A DNA stretch of 64,000 nucleotides, taken from NCBI GenBank assembly GCA_947652855.1, contig CANTEO010000001.1:63742-127741 (forward strand), given 5' to 3'. A program made the translations under genes and the position numbers. Shown in pieces: positions 29,519 through 39,691 of this stretch. Within the stretch, counting starts at the first letter, position 1; each line of letters starts with the position of its first letter. Source of the stretch: an uncultured Roseburia sp. (lineage in GTDB: Bacteria; Bacillota; Clostridia; Lachnospirales; Lachnospiraceae). The notes beneath the pieces were generated by a model, which worked only from the letters and a program-made list of their open reading frames with translations, ran no database searches and was not told the origin of the DNA.

Positions 29519-32500
29519 TTAGCCTTTGATGCTTTGGTGGTATTCCTGCAGCGATTTCACTGGCTGCCCCTCTCCTTTTTTCATAGAGTGGATGCCCGCC
29601 GCCGTCGCTTTGGCCGCCGCCATCGTCGTCATATACGGAATCCTGTTTTTGATCGCCGCTTTTCGGATATAGCTGTCGTCCGTGGCGCCTTTCTTGTCAT
29701 TTGGCGTATTGATGATTAGGTCAATCTGCCTGTTTGCAATGGCGTCTAAAATGTTCGGGCGCCCTTCATTGATCTTGGAAATCTTCTCTGCCTCCATTCC
29801 GGCTTCCCGTATTTTGTCACAGGTGCTTCCGGTAGCCATAATCTGAAAGCCATTTTCATAGAGAGCGCGCGCCGTCTCCACAAGCTCCGGCTTGTCTTTG
29901 TCGTTGACGGAAAACAGCACAGTCCCTTCCATGGGAAGCTTTGTCTGCGTCGCTTCCTGCGCCTTATAGAAGGCTTTTCCATAGCTGCTGGAAAGGCCAA
30001 GCACTTCGCCCGTTGAGCGCATCTCCGGCCCAAGCAGCGGATCCACCTCCTGAAACATATTGAACGGGAACACGGCTTCTTTTACGCCATAATAGGGAAT
30101 TTCCCGGTCATAAAGCGATGGGACGGGAGAGGGATTTCCCGTAAATTTGGCCGTCATGATTTCTGTCGCCAGCTTCACCATGTTGATGCCGCAGACTTTG
30201 GAAACGAGCGGAACGGTGCGGGAGGCCCTTGGGTTTGCCTCCAATACATAAATCGTGCCGTCCTCAATCGCGTACTGCATATTCATCAGTCCCACGACGT
30301 TCATCTCCTGCGCGATTTTTCTGGTGTATTCTTTGATCGTCTCAATATGCTCTTTGGAAAGGTGTTTTGACGGCAGGATGCAGGCGGAGTCTCCCGAATG
30401 CACGCCGGCCAGCTCAATATGCTCCATTACCGCAGGCACGAAGACGTGCGTCCCGTCGCTGATGGCGTCCGCCTCGCATTCCGTCGCATGCTGCAGGAAA
30501 CGGTCAATTAAGATGGGCCGGTCTGGCGTCACGCCGACGGCCGCCCGCATATAAAAGGCCAGCGCCTCGTCGTCATGCACCACTTCCATGCCGCGACCTC
30601 CAAGCACATAGGAGGGGCGCACCATGACCGGATAGCCGATTTCATTCGCAATGGAAAGCGCCTCGTCCACATTGACGGCCATCCCTGCCTGAGGCATCGG
30701 AATCTCAAGCCTGTCCATCATGGCGCGGAATAAGTCGCGGTCTTCCGCCATGTCGATCGTCTCCGGCGTCGTCCCTAAGATGTTCACGCCGTTTTTCTTC
30801 AGATCGGCGGCCAGGTTTAACGGCGTCTGCCCGCCAAACTGCGCGATGACGCCGACAGGCTGCTCTTTTTCATGGATGCTTAGCACGTCCTCAAGCGTTA
30901 AAGGCTCAAAATACAATTTATCGGAGGTGTCATAATCGGTGGAGACCGTCTCTGGATTGCAGTTGACGATAATTGTCTCAAATCCAAGCTTTTTTAGGGC
31001 GAGCGCGGCATGGACGCAGCAATAGTCAAATTCGATGCCTTGCCCGATGCGGTTTGGGCCTCCGCCTAAAATCATGATTTTGGGCTTGTCCGTGCGGATT
31101 GTGGCCGTATCTTTGATATGGTAGCTGGAATAATAATAGGCAGAGTCTTTTGTGGCGCTCACATGAACGCCTTCCCATGCCTCCTTAATCCCGGCGTCAA
31201 GCCTCGCCTTGCGGATTTCGCTTTCCGTAAGCCCTAAGATCTGGCTTAAGTATTTGTCGGAAAAGCCAGAAAGCTTTGCGTGGCGCAGCGCCTCGTTTCC
31301 AGGCATCGTCCCTTTCCCTTTTAGAAGCTGCTCTTCTTCCTCCACCAGCTCTTTCATCTGCTCAATAAAATAGCTTTTAATTTTTGTCAGCTCATGCAGC
31401 TCTTCGACAGTGGCGCCCTTGCGCAAAGCCTCATACATGAGAAACTGCCGTTCGCTGGTTGGGGTCGCGAGCATCTTTAAAAGGTCATGCTTGCTTTTCT
31501 TTGCAAAATCTTTCGCCCATCCAAGCCCGTGCCTTCCATTCTCTAGGCTGCGGATGGCTTTCTGAAACGCCTCCTTGTAGGTCTTTCCGATGCTCATGAC
31601 TTCCCCGACGGCGCGCATCTGGGTGCCAAGCTTATCCTGGGCGCCTTTGAATTTTTCAAATGCCCACCGGGCGAATTTGATGACAATGTAGTCGCCGTCC
31701 GGCACGTAACGGTCTAACGTCCCACATTTGCCGCAGGGGATTTCGTCTAAGGTCAGGCCGCACGCCAGCATTGCGGACACAAGCGCAATCGGAAAGCCTG
31801 TGGCTTTTGAGGCTAAGGCCGAAGAGCGGGACGTCCTGGGGTTGATCTCAATGACGATAATCCTTCCGCTCTCTGGATCGTGGGCGAACTGCACATTCGT
31901 GCCGCCGATGACCTCGATCGCCTCTACGATTTTATAGGCTTGCCTTTGCAGCTCGTCCTGCACGTCCTGCGCAATCGTCAGCATTGGCGCGGAACAGAAC
32001 GAGTCTCCCGTATGCACGCCGAGCGGGTCAATGTTTTCAATGAAGCATACCGTAATCATATTGTTCTTTGCGTCACGCACGACCTCTAATTCCAGCTCTT
32101 CCCAACCCAAAATCGACTCTTCCACCAGCACCTGCCCTACCAGGCTGGCGGAAAGGCCCCTGGCGCATACCGTCTTAAGCTCCTCTACGTTATATACCAG
32201 GCCGCCGCCTGCGCCGCCCATCGTATAGGCCGGGCGCAGCACTACGGGATAGCCAAGCTTTTCTGCGATGGAGAGCGCCTCCTCTACGGAATAGGCGACC
32301 TCGCTCCGCGCCATTTCGATGCCAAGGCTGTTCATTGTCTGCTTAAACGCAATGCGGTCCTCGCCCCGCTCAATCGCGTCTACCTGAACGCCGATGACCT
32401 TTACATGATATTGCTCCAGCACGCCCGCTTTCGCCAGCTCGGAGCATAAATTCAGCCCCGACTGGCCGCCTAAATTAGGCAGCAGCGCATCCGGACGCTC

Positions 32501-32737
32501 TTTTTCAATAATCTGCGTCAGGCGCTCCACATTCAATGGCTCGATATACGTCACGTCCGCCGTTTCCGGATCTGTCATGATCGTCGCGGGGTTGGAATTT
32601 ACCAATACAATTTTATACCCCAGGCTTTTGAGCGCCTTGCACGCCTGCGTCCCGGAATAGTCAAATTCACACGCTTGTCCGATGATGATTGGGCCGGAGC
32701 CTATAATCAGTATCTTATGAATATCGTTTCTTTTCAT
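29519..32737 (-). CDS. carB: Carbamoyl-phosphate synthase large subunit
   Basis: IGSGPIIIGQACEFDYSG, NPATIMTDP, EINPRTSRSSALASKATG, second ATP-grasp half (GPNRIGQGIEFDYCC), MGS-like C-terminus. Confidence 0.98.
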   Translation of the reverse strand: MKRNDIHKILIIGSGPIIIGQACEFDYSGTQACKALKSLGYKIVLVNSNPATIMTDPETADVTYIEPLNVERLTQIIEKERPDALLPNLGGQSGLNLCSELAKAGVLEQYHVKVIGVQVDAIERGEDRIAFKQTMNSLGIEMARSEVAYSVEEALSIAEKLGYPVVLRPAYTMGGAGGGLVYNVEELKTVCARGLSASLVGQVLVEESILGWEELELEVVRDAKNNMITVCFIENIDPLGVHTGDSFCSAPMLTIAQDVQDELQRQAYKIVEAIEVIGGTNVQFAHDPESGRIIVIEINPRTSRSSALASKATGFPIALVSAMLACGLTLDEIPCGKCGTLDRYVPDGDYIVIKFARWAFEKFKGAQDKLGTQMRAVGEVMSIGKTYKEAFQKAIRSLENGRHGLGWAKDFAKKSKHDLLKMLATPTSERQFLMYEALRKGATVEELHELTKIKSYFIEQMKELVEEEEQLLKGKGTMPGNEALRHAKLSGFSDKYLSQILGLTESEIRKARLDAGIKEAWEGVHVSATKDSAYYYSSYHIKDTATIRTDKPKIMILGGGPNRIGQGIEFDYCCVHAALALKKLGFETIIVNCNPETVSTDYDTSDKLYFEPLTLEDVLSIHEKEQPVGVIAQFGGQTPLNLAADLKKNGVNILGTTPETIDMAEDRDLFRAMMDRLEIPMPQAGMAVNVDEALSIANEIGYPVMVRPSYVLGGRGMEVVHDDEALAFYMRAAVGVTPDRPILIDRFLQHATECEADAISDGTHVFVPAVMEHIELAGVHSGDSACILPSKHLSKEHIETIKEYTRKIAQEMNVVGLMNMQYAIEDGTIYVLEANPRASRTVPLVSKVCGINMVKLATEIMTAKFTGNPSPVPSLYDREIPYYGVKEAVFPFNMFQEVDPLLGPEMRSTGEVLGLSSSYGKAFYKAQEATQTKLPMEGTVLFSVNDKDKPELVETARALYENGFQIMATGSTCDKIREAGMEAEKISKINEGRPNILDAIANRQIDLIINTPNDKKGATDDSYIRKAAIKNRIPYMTTMAAAKATAAGIHSMKKGEGQPVKSLQEYHQSIKG

Positions 32738-32788
32738 TCTGCTTTCCTCACATTCCCTGTTTGATAAGTAATTGAATCGGCTGCTACT

Positions 32789-32817
32789 ATTATAAACAAA
32801 TTCGTCCAGTCTGTAAA
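32789..32817 (-). promoter_or_regulatory. Sigma-70 promoter for carB
   Basis: Minus strand TTTACA - 17 bp - TATAAT. Confidence 0.65.
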
Positions 32818-32899
32818 CCCGGCTGGAATTTACATTTTAATTTTCGGCATAGACATAACAGAAATGCTATATTCTTAAGAAGAAAATGCCGCAGAAATA

Positions 32900-32928
32900 T
32901 TGTCGAACGGGCCGATTCGCTATATAAT
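32900..32928 (+). promoter_or_regulatory. Sigma-70 promoter for the hybrid kinase
   Basis: TTGTCG - 17 bp - TATAAT. Confidence 0.6.
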
Positions 32929-32962
32929 AGAACTGGAAAAGCAGGAAAGAGAGGCAGCTTAC

Positions 32963-35900
32963 ATGAAAAAAAGAAAGTATCTGCAAAAAGCGATGTATGT
33001 GGCGGTTCTTTTAACGGCAGTCTTGATTTTGTTTCATTGGTATACGTCAGAGAACAGATGGCGCATGGTGGAGCGGAATAAAAATTATGCGTCCGATTCC
33101 GCGCGTCAGGCGGCGGGCCGGGTGGATGAGGAGTTAAATAACGCGCGGAACCTGATTCGGGCTTACGCTTATTTTTTGGGTCAGGATCTGGAGCAGCCGA
33201 AAATCACCTTGAAAATGCTGGAGGAGATTGAAAAGAACTCTATTTTTGACGCATTGGTGTTTACAGATAAGAATGGGGTTAATCATAATTCTGACGGCCG
33301 GACCTCTGACGCGTCAGGAAAGGATTACTACATAAAAGGAATGCGGGGGGACAGCGGCATATCCGCGGTATTTGACTCTGCATTTTATGATGAGACGATG
33401 CTGTGCTTTTACACGCCCGTTCGGTTTCACAGGAAAACGATTGGCGTGCTGCGGGGCGCATATCTTGCGGAGGAATATTTAAAGGATATGCTTGCCGCGA
33501 CATATTTTGGGGAGAGGGCCTCGGTGCATCTGTGCATGCCGGACGGAAAGATCCTTGCAAGTTCAGAGGCCAGGGGAAAAGAAGGGGATCTGGTGGAGGA
33601 GCTCTGCGAGGACGGCATCATTGATGATAAGACGGGAGGGATGGTAAGGGAAGTCTTTCAAAATGGCGGGGAAGGGGCGTTTCTTTGTGATTCCGGAAGC
33701 AAAACGGACAATATTTGCGTACGGTACCTTCCAGTCAATCGCTTTGTCCTTGTGCAGACGTTTCCCAAAAATGTCACGGAGCGCATGATTTGGGACGAGA
33801 ACTTTGTCGGAATCCAATTGGAGGTCATGCTGATTGGATTATTTGTCATTTATATGATTGTGGCGCTGGTCCATGCCGGCAGGGAAAAGAAGCTGCTGGA
33901 AAAGGAAAACAGGGAGATGGGGTATATCATAAGCGGCGTCAATACGCTCTTCTCCCGTTTTACCATGGTGGATTTTCGGACAGAGGAGTATTTCTACCTG
34001 GCAGGGACAAAGCCAAAAGACGGCGAGATTGCCGTTACGGGCGTTTACCGGGATTTTAAGGAGTATTTGTGCAGCATTTTGACGGAAGAGGAGGGCCGAA
34101 GGGAATTTGCCGGGCAAATTGAGCGAAGCTCGGTAATAGAGGCTCTGCGGGATCAAAATGACCTGCGCTTTGAATGCCATGTCCTGCGTGACGGGAATGC
34201 GGAGTGGGAGCATATCAATATTATATGCCTGGAACGTGAGGACGGGCAGGCCAGCAAGGTGCTGTTTATCCGGCAGAACATTACGGAGGTTAAGGAGAAG
34301 GAGCTCCGCATTCAGGCGGAAATGGCCCTTGCGAACCGCAAGGAGAGGCAATATCGGATCGCGATCACCTCAAACGCCATTTGCACGTTTGAGTTCAATT
34401 TGACGAAGGACTGGATAGCGGGCGACATTGTGCGCGAGGCGGACGGAGAGCGGATTTCCCTAATGGATCTGGTGGGCCTTACGTATCCATGCAAGGTCTC
34501 CGACTGCTTTGAACGCTGGAAGGCATATGTCTTGGAGGAATCCATAGAAGATTACAGCAATACGGTCACGACGGATCACCTGAAGCAATGCTATGAGCAG
34601 GGGGATGCGGAGGTAAACGTTGATTACTGGGGGATGGGCCTTGACGGCAGGCAGATGTGCATTAGGCTGACATTCCTCATGACGCAGGACGACGCTACCG
34701 GTGACATTATGGTAATGGCAGTGGCAAAGGAGATTACGGAGCAGGTTCAAAAGCAAAGGGAGCAAAGGCAGGCGCTTGAGGATGCGCTGATGCAGGCGCA
34801 GCACGCCAATGTGGCGAAGACGACGTTCCTCTCCAATATGTCGCATGATATCCGCACGCCAATGAATGCGATTATCGGCTTTACGACGATTGCAGTCAAC
34901 CATATAGAGAATCGGGATCAGGTAAAGGACTGCCTGCAAAAAGTCCTCTCTTCCAGCAACCATCTGCTTAGCCTGATTAACGATATCCTTGACATGAGCC
35001 GGATTGAGAGCGGCAAGGTGCAGATTAAAGAGCAGGACTGCAATATTTCCGAGCTGATGCACAGCCTGGTCAATATCATCCAGCCGCAGATGAAGGCCAA
35101 GCAGATGGAGCTGTTCATTGACACGTTTGGGGTTGTCAATGAAGACGTGATCGCAGATCCGCTGAAGCTGAATCAGGTATTTATCAATTTATTGAGCAAT
35201 GCCGTGAAGTACACGCCGGCGAAGGGCAGCATTTCGTTTCGGATTATCCAAAAGAAGACGTTCCGTCATGGCTATGGGGATTATGTGTTTATTATTAAGG
35301 ACAATGGCGTTGGCATGACGCCGGAATTCTTAAAGCATATCTTTGAGCCGTTTGAGCGGGAATCCAGCACAACCCGCAGCGGGATTGAAGGCACGGGGCT
35401 TGGGATGTCGATTACGAAGAACATTGTGGAGATGATGAACGGCACGATCTCTGTGGAGAGCGAGTTAGGGAAGGGCAGCACATTCACGGTAGAGATCAGC
35501 CTTAAGCTGCAGGATGTGGAAAAGAACGAGGAGCAGATTAGAGAATTGAATGGCTTGCGGGCGTTGGTCGTGGACGATGACTTCAATGCCTGCGAGAGCG
35601 TGAGCAGGATGCTAAAGCAGATTGGGATGCGCGTGGAGTGGACGACGTCTGGAAGGGAGGCGGTGTACCGCGCCCGTAAGGCGTATGAAGGAGGGGACTC
35701 CTACCATACATACATCATAGATTGGCAAATGCCGGAAATGAGCGGCGTGGAGACGGCGAGGAAAATTCGCGGGTCGGTAGGGGAGGAGGCCCCGATCGTC
35801 ATTTTAACGGCATACGACTGGACAGAGATCGAGCGCGAGGCGAAGGAGTCGGGCGTTACGGCTTTTTGCGCAAAGCCGCTTTTTATGTCGGACTTAAAAT

Positions 35901-36349
35901 CTGCGCTGCTTGCGGCAAATCATTTAGGCGAGAAGGAAAAAGAGGAAGACGCGTGGCTGTTGGATGATTTTAGCGGAAAGCGGGTGCTGCTTGTGGACGA
36001 CATTGAGCTGAACCGTGAAATTGCGGAAGTGATCTTGACGGAGGCGGGCTTTTTGGTAGAGTCTGCCCCAGACGGGACGGACGCGGTGGAAATGGTGAGC
36101 AAATCGGAGGAGGGCTATTATGACATTATCTTAATGGATGTGCAGATGCCGGTCATGAACGGCTATGAGGCCACCCGGACGATCCGCGACTTGCCGAGAA
36201 GGGACATTCAGAACCTTCCAATCATTGCCATGACGGCCAATGCAATGGATGAGGATAAAGAGGCGGCGATTAAAAACGGCATGAACGCCCATGTCGCAAA
36301 GCCGCTGGACATTGAGGCGCTGATGGATGCGCTTCGTCAGTTTCTGTAA
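32963..36349 (+). CDS. Hybrid sensor histidine kinase (TM-Cache-like-TM, PAS-like linkers, HisKA, HATPase, two REC domains)
   Basis: FLSNMSHDIRTPMNAI H-box, NLLSNAVKYT, DNGVGM, GTGLGM; two receivers (IDWQMP and LMDVQMP). Confidence 0.93.
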   Translation: MKKRKYLQKAMYVAVLLTAVLILFHWYTSENRWRMVERNKNYASDSARQAAGRVDEELNNARNLIRAYAYFLGQDLEQPKITLKMLEEIEKNSIFDALVFTDKNGVNHNSDGRTSDASGKDYYIKGMRGDSGISAVFDSAFYDETMLCFYTPVRFHRKTIGVLRGAYLAEEYLKDMLAATYFGERASVHLCMPDGKILASSEARGKEGDLVEELCEDGIIDDKTGGMVREVFQNGGEGAFLCDSGSKTDNICVRYLPVNRFVLVQTFPKNVTERMIWDENFVGIQLEVMLIGLFVIYMIVALVHAGREKKLLEKENREMGYIISGVNTLFSRFTMVDFRTEEYFYLAGTKPKDGEIAVTGVYRDFKEYLCSILTEEEGRREFAGQIERSSVIEALRDQNDLRFECHVLRDGNAEWEHINIICLEREDGQASKVLFIRQNITEVKEKELRIQAEMALANRKERQYRIAITSNAICTFEFNLTKDWIAGDIVREADGERISLMDLVGLTYPCKVSDCFERWKAYVLEESIEDYSNTVTTDHLKQCYEQGDAEVNVDYWGMGLDGRQMCIRLTFLMTQDDATGDIMVMAVAKEITEQVQKQREQRQALEDALMQAQHANVAKTTFLSNMSHDIRTPMNAIIGFTTIAVNHIENRDQVKDCLQKVLSSSNHLLSLINDILDMSRIESGKVQIKEQDCNISELMHSLVNIIQPQMKAKQMELFIDTFGVVNEDVIADPLKLNQVFINLLSNAVKYTPAKGSISFRIIQKKTFRHGYGDYVFIIKDNGVGMTPEFLKHIFEPFERESSTTRSGIEGTGLGMSITKNIVEMMNGTISVESELGKGSTFTVEISLKLQDVEKNEEQIRELNGLRALVVDDDFNACESVSRMLKQIGMRVEWTTSGREAVYRARKAYEGGDSYHTYIIDWQMPEMSGVETARKIRGSVGEEAPIVILTAYDWTEIEREAKESGVTAFCAKPLFMSDLKSALLAANHLGEKEKEEDAWLLDDFSGKRVLLVDDIELNREIAEVILTEAGFLVESAPDGTDAVEMVSKSEEGYYDIILMDVQMPVMNGYEATRTIRDLPRRDIQNLPIIAMTANAMDEDKEAAIKNGMNAHVAKPLDIEALMDALRQFL

Positions 36350-36400
36350 CGGCCTAGCCTTTATCCTGATCATTCAAAAAGAATAGGAGGAACAGTAGAA

Positions 36401-37303
36401 TTGAACGCGATTCAAACGTCTTCCCTTACAAAATATTATGGGAAGTCAAGAGGGGTCATCGACCTGGGCTTATCGGTGGAAGAGGGAGATTTCTTTGGGT
36501 TCATTGGCCCAAACGGGGCCGGCAAGAGCACGACGATCCGTATGCTGTTAGGGTTGATTTTCCCGACCGGGGGCCGGGCGGAGATATTTGGCAGGGATGT
36601 GACGCGGCAGAAAGAGGAGATCCTTTCGCAGGTTGGATATATGCCGTCAGAGGCGGCGTTTTATCCGTCCATGAAGGTGAAGGAGGTGATCCGCCTTTCG
36701 GCAAGGCTTAGGAAGGCGGACTGTCGGCATGAGGCAAATCGCCTTTGTGAGAGGCTTGGCCTGGATACCGAAAAGAGGGTGAGCGAGCTGTCGCTTGGCA
36801 ACCGTAAAAAGGCGTCGATTGTCTGCGCGCTGCAGCATAAGCCTAAGCTTTGCATCTTGGATGAGCCGACCAGCGGGCTGGATCCATTGATGCAGCGTGA
36901 GTTTTTTTCTATTTTGGAGGAGAGGAACCGGGAAGGGGCGACAGTGTTCCTTTCGTCCCATGTCCTTTCTGAAGTGCAGCGGCATTGCAGGCACGCGGCA
37001 GTCATTCGGGAAGGGCGGCTGCTTGTTTCGGACAGCATAGAAAAGCTTGGGAACACAAATGCAAAACGCGTAACGGTCAGAGGGGTGGACGCGCTGCCTG
37101 CCTTAGAGCATATCAAGGACGTAAAGAAAACCGGCGACGCCATCCGTTTTCTATATAGCGGAAAGCCGGACGGCCTGCTGCGTTTTCTGTCGGGCCTTCC
37201 GCTTTCTGACGTCAATATCACGGAGCCGGACTTGGAAGAGGTTTTTTTGCATTATTATGCGCCCCTGCCCGGCTTAAACGATGCGGAAGGGAGGGAGAGG
37301 TGA
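36401..37303 (+). CDS. ABC-2 type exporter ATP-binding protein
   Basis: GPNGAGKST, LSLGN signature, ILDEPTSGLDP, SSHVL. Confidence 0.92.
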   Translation: MNAIQTSSLTKYYGKSRGVIDLGLSVEEGDFFGFIGPNGAGKSTTIRMLLGLIFPTGGRAEIFGRDVTRQKEEILSQVGYMPSEAAFYPSMKVKEVIRLSARLRKADCRHEANRLCERLGLDTEKRVSELSLGNRKKASIVCALQHKPKLCILDEPTSGLDPLMQREFFSILEERNREGATVFLSSHVLSEVQRHCRHAAVIREGRLLVSDSIEKLGNTNAKRVTVRGVDALPALEHIKDVKKTGDAIRFLYSGKPDGLLRFLSGLPLSDVNITEPDLEEVFLHYYAPLPGLNDAEGRER

Positions 37304-38088
37304 TGGCGCTGTATGGACATGAGCTTCGCCAAGGGAAGGGCGCGCTGCTGATTTGGACGGCTGTGATTGCGTGTATGCTTGGCGTTTGCGTGCTGATTTT
37401 TCCAGAGATGAAAGGCCAAATGGGAGAAATTGACGGAATGTTTTCCGAAATGGGCGGGTTTTCCGCTGCATTTGGCATGGACAGGGTGAGCTTTGGTGAA
37501 TTTATGGGATACTTTAGCGTGGAGTGCGGAAATGTGCTTGGCCTTGGCGGCGCATTTTTTGCCGCGTTGCTCGGCAGCTTAGCTTTGGCGAAGGAAGAGA
37601 AGGAGCATACGGCTGAATTTTTGCTGACGCATCCCATAAGCCGCAGAAGGGCTGTCGTACAAAAGCTTGGCGCAGTGTTTACGGAGATCGCCCTGTTTCA
37701 AGCGGCCGTCATTTGCGTAGCGGCGGCTGCGACGTCTGTGATTGGCGAGAAGCCGGAGCTTAAGGAAATGGCTCTTTTGTTCTTGGCTTACTTTTTGCTT
37801 CAAATTGAGATCGCTTCCATCTGCTTTGGCATCTCCGCCTTTATCGGAAGGGGCGGCTTGGGAATTGGCCTTGGGATTGCGGCGCTTTTTTATTTTTTGA
37901 ATATCATTGCGAATTTGACAGAGCAGATGCAGTTTTTAAAGTATGTGACGCCGTTTGGATATGCGGAGGGCGCGGACATTCTTGCGAATGGAGGCATTGA
38001 CGCGGCATATTTGACTGCGGGCATGGCATTTGCCTTGATTGGGATTGCGGCCGCATTTATTCGGTATTGTAAAAAAGACATTGCATAA
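37300..38088 (+). CDS. ABC-2 type exporter permease
   Basis: About six hydrophobic segments; KEEKEHTAEFLLTHPISR motif; overlaps the ATPase stop codon. Confidence 0.88.
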   Translation: MMALYGHELRQGKGALLIWTAVIACMLGVCVLIFPEMKGQMGEIDGMFSEMGGFSAAFGMDRVSFGEFMGYFSVECGNVLGLGGAFFAALLGSLALAKEEKEHTAEFLLTHPISRRRAVVQKLGAVFTEIALFQAAVICVAAAATSVIGEKPELKEMALLFLAYFLLQIEIASICFGISAFIGRGGLGIGLGIAALFYFLNIIANLTEQMQFLKYVTPFGYAEGADILANGGIDAAYLTAGMAFALIGIAAAFIRYCKKDIA

Positions 38089-38093
38089 AAGAA

Positions 38094-38119
38094 GGAGGCG
38101 CAGCGTTTGCTGCGCCTCC
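38094..38119. terminator. Hairpin between convergent genes
   Basis: GGAGGCGCAGC-GTTT-GCTGCGCCTCC. Confidence 0.7.
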
Positions 38120-38154
38120 CTGCTATGTAAATGGAACGATTGGAAATGCGTGCG

Positions 38155-39345
38155 TTATACGTTTGCTGTTTTCCTTGATTCGTATTTTTTCATTTTTTCC
38201 TGCATCTGTTTCCGGAAACGGGCCAACGTTCTGGAAAGCTTCTCATCAGAGGAAAATTGCTTCAACGTCTCTTCATCGACAACAATTCGGTTGTCCATCG
38301 TTTTCATAATGTCGGCAATTTGAATTTGAGCCGAGACGGCGGGGTCGCTTAAGTCGTAAATCTGATTGTCACGGAAATTCAACACAATCGGAGCGAGGAA
38401 ATTGGCCGGATTGTCAACCAGCACGATGCCTTTGTCTCCATTCGTAAAGTCAATGCTGCATCCAGAAGGCAGCACGCGGATGGAATTGGCAAGCGCTGAG
38501 ACCGCCATCGGGTTATATAGGTCGGGTGAGTTCCGCAGGCTGCGGATGGCCGACACTTCGGAAACCGGGGCATGGTGAAGGTTCATCGCAGTCAGGCGGT
38601 TAAAGCGGTCCGCAACGACGAGCGCCTTCGCATACTTGGAAATCGGTTTTTCTTTTAACGATTCTGCGTTTGGAGCTGACATAAAAGAAAGCGTCTGTTG
38701 GATTGTGTTCAATACCTCAGCCGGCAGCATATATTTATTGGTGTCAGGAAAGAGGAGCTGAAAGCCTTTTTTCCAGCATTCGTTCACGACGTGCTGGTCG
38801 TCCGGGGACCAGTCGGCTTTTTCCATGATGTTCCGGGGGACGTAAAGATATCCCAGGTCGTACAGTAAGGCTGCTGTCACAAGATTGATTTTCTCTTTCT
38901 GGCTGAAGCCCATCATGTTTGAGATCATGGCGGAGAGGATGGCGCTGCTGATGGCGTGCCTGTACACAAAATCCACAGAGCTGCGCAGTGTCTGGATGAA
39001 ATTCCGCTTTCTGCTCAAAGAGCCGAATTGCTTTAGGATCTCCAGGGTCAGCTCGGGCAGGCCCTCCGGCTCCTGCTCTTTTTGCAGGCGGTCCATAATG
39101 TCTTTGATACGGAACATATAGACGATCTGGAATTGCTCAAATTCAAGATCCTCCTGAGAAACCGGGGGAAGCGGCTCTGCTGGCTCCAAGATGAAAAGCC
39201 CAATCAAACCAAAGTTTTCGATGCTTTTAATGCCTGACATCGTCAGGTAGCTGTTGCGGTCATATAACATAACCCCCATTTTGTTATAGATCGGCTTCGC
39301 TAGGCGCATCCCAGGCCGTAGGTCTTTGCTTTCTACAAATTTCAA
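38155..39345 (-). CDS. HD-GYP-like phosphohydrolase-fold protein with degenerate active site
   Basis: N-terminal LRPGMRLAKPIY typical of clostridial HD-GYP proteins; YRHA, AALLYDLG and VADRF remnants; AGGAG RBS before TTG 39345. Confidence 0.75.
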   Translation of the reverse strand: MKFVESKDLRPGMRLAKPIYNKMGVMLYDRNSYLTMSGIKSIENFGLIGLFILEPAEPLPPVSQEDLEFEQFQIVYMFRIKDIMDRLQKEQEPEGLPELTLEILKQFGSLSRKRNFIQTLRSSVDFVYRHAISSAILSAMISNMMGFSQKEKINLVTAALLYDLGYLYVPRNIMEKADWSPDDQHVVNECWKKGFQLLFPDTNKYMLPAEVLNTIQQTLSFMSAPNAESLKEKPISKYAKALVVADRFNRLTAMNLHHAPVSEVSAIRSLRNSPDLYNPMAVSALANSIRVLPSGCSIDFTNGDKGIVLVDNPANFLAPIVLNFRDNQIYDLSDPAVSAQIQIADIMKTMDNRIVVDEETLKQFSSDEKLSRTLARFRKQMQEKMKKYESRKTANV

Positions 39346-39691
39346 TTGCTTCACGCTCCTTTTGCTTGTATATTGCATATTTTTGCACCTGACAGAACGT
39401 TTGCGCTGCATACGCATACAGTAGCTACTGTCCATCCGTCGCGGCGCATTGTCCTGCCCGGCATTTCGCTGGAGGGAAAAGGCATCGGCGCAAGGCGTCC
39501 GGCGTACCGCCAAAGGCGGCTTTCGGCTCGCTTGACGCTAATTTTCTCCCTGCCATAAGGATTGAACGATAACATACAATATTCTAATCTATCTTACTAT
39601 AACATATTGAAGAAAATAAAACAATTAGGTATACTGTAGAAAGAAAATTTTTTTGCACATTTGCTGTTGAGAGGAATCTTGGAGGGCGCAT

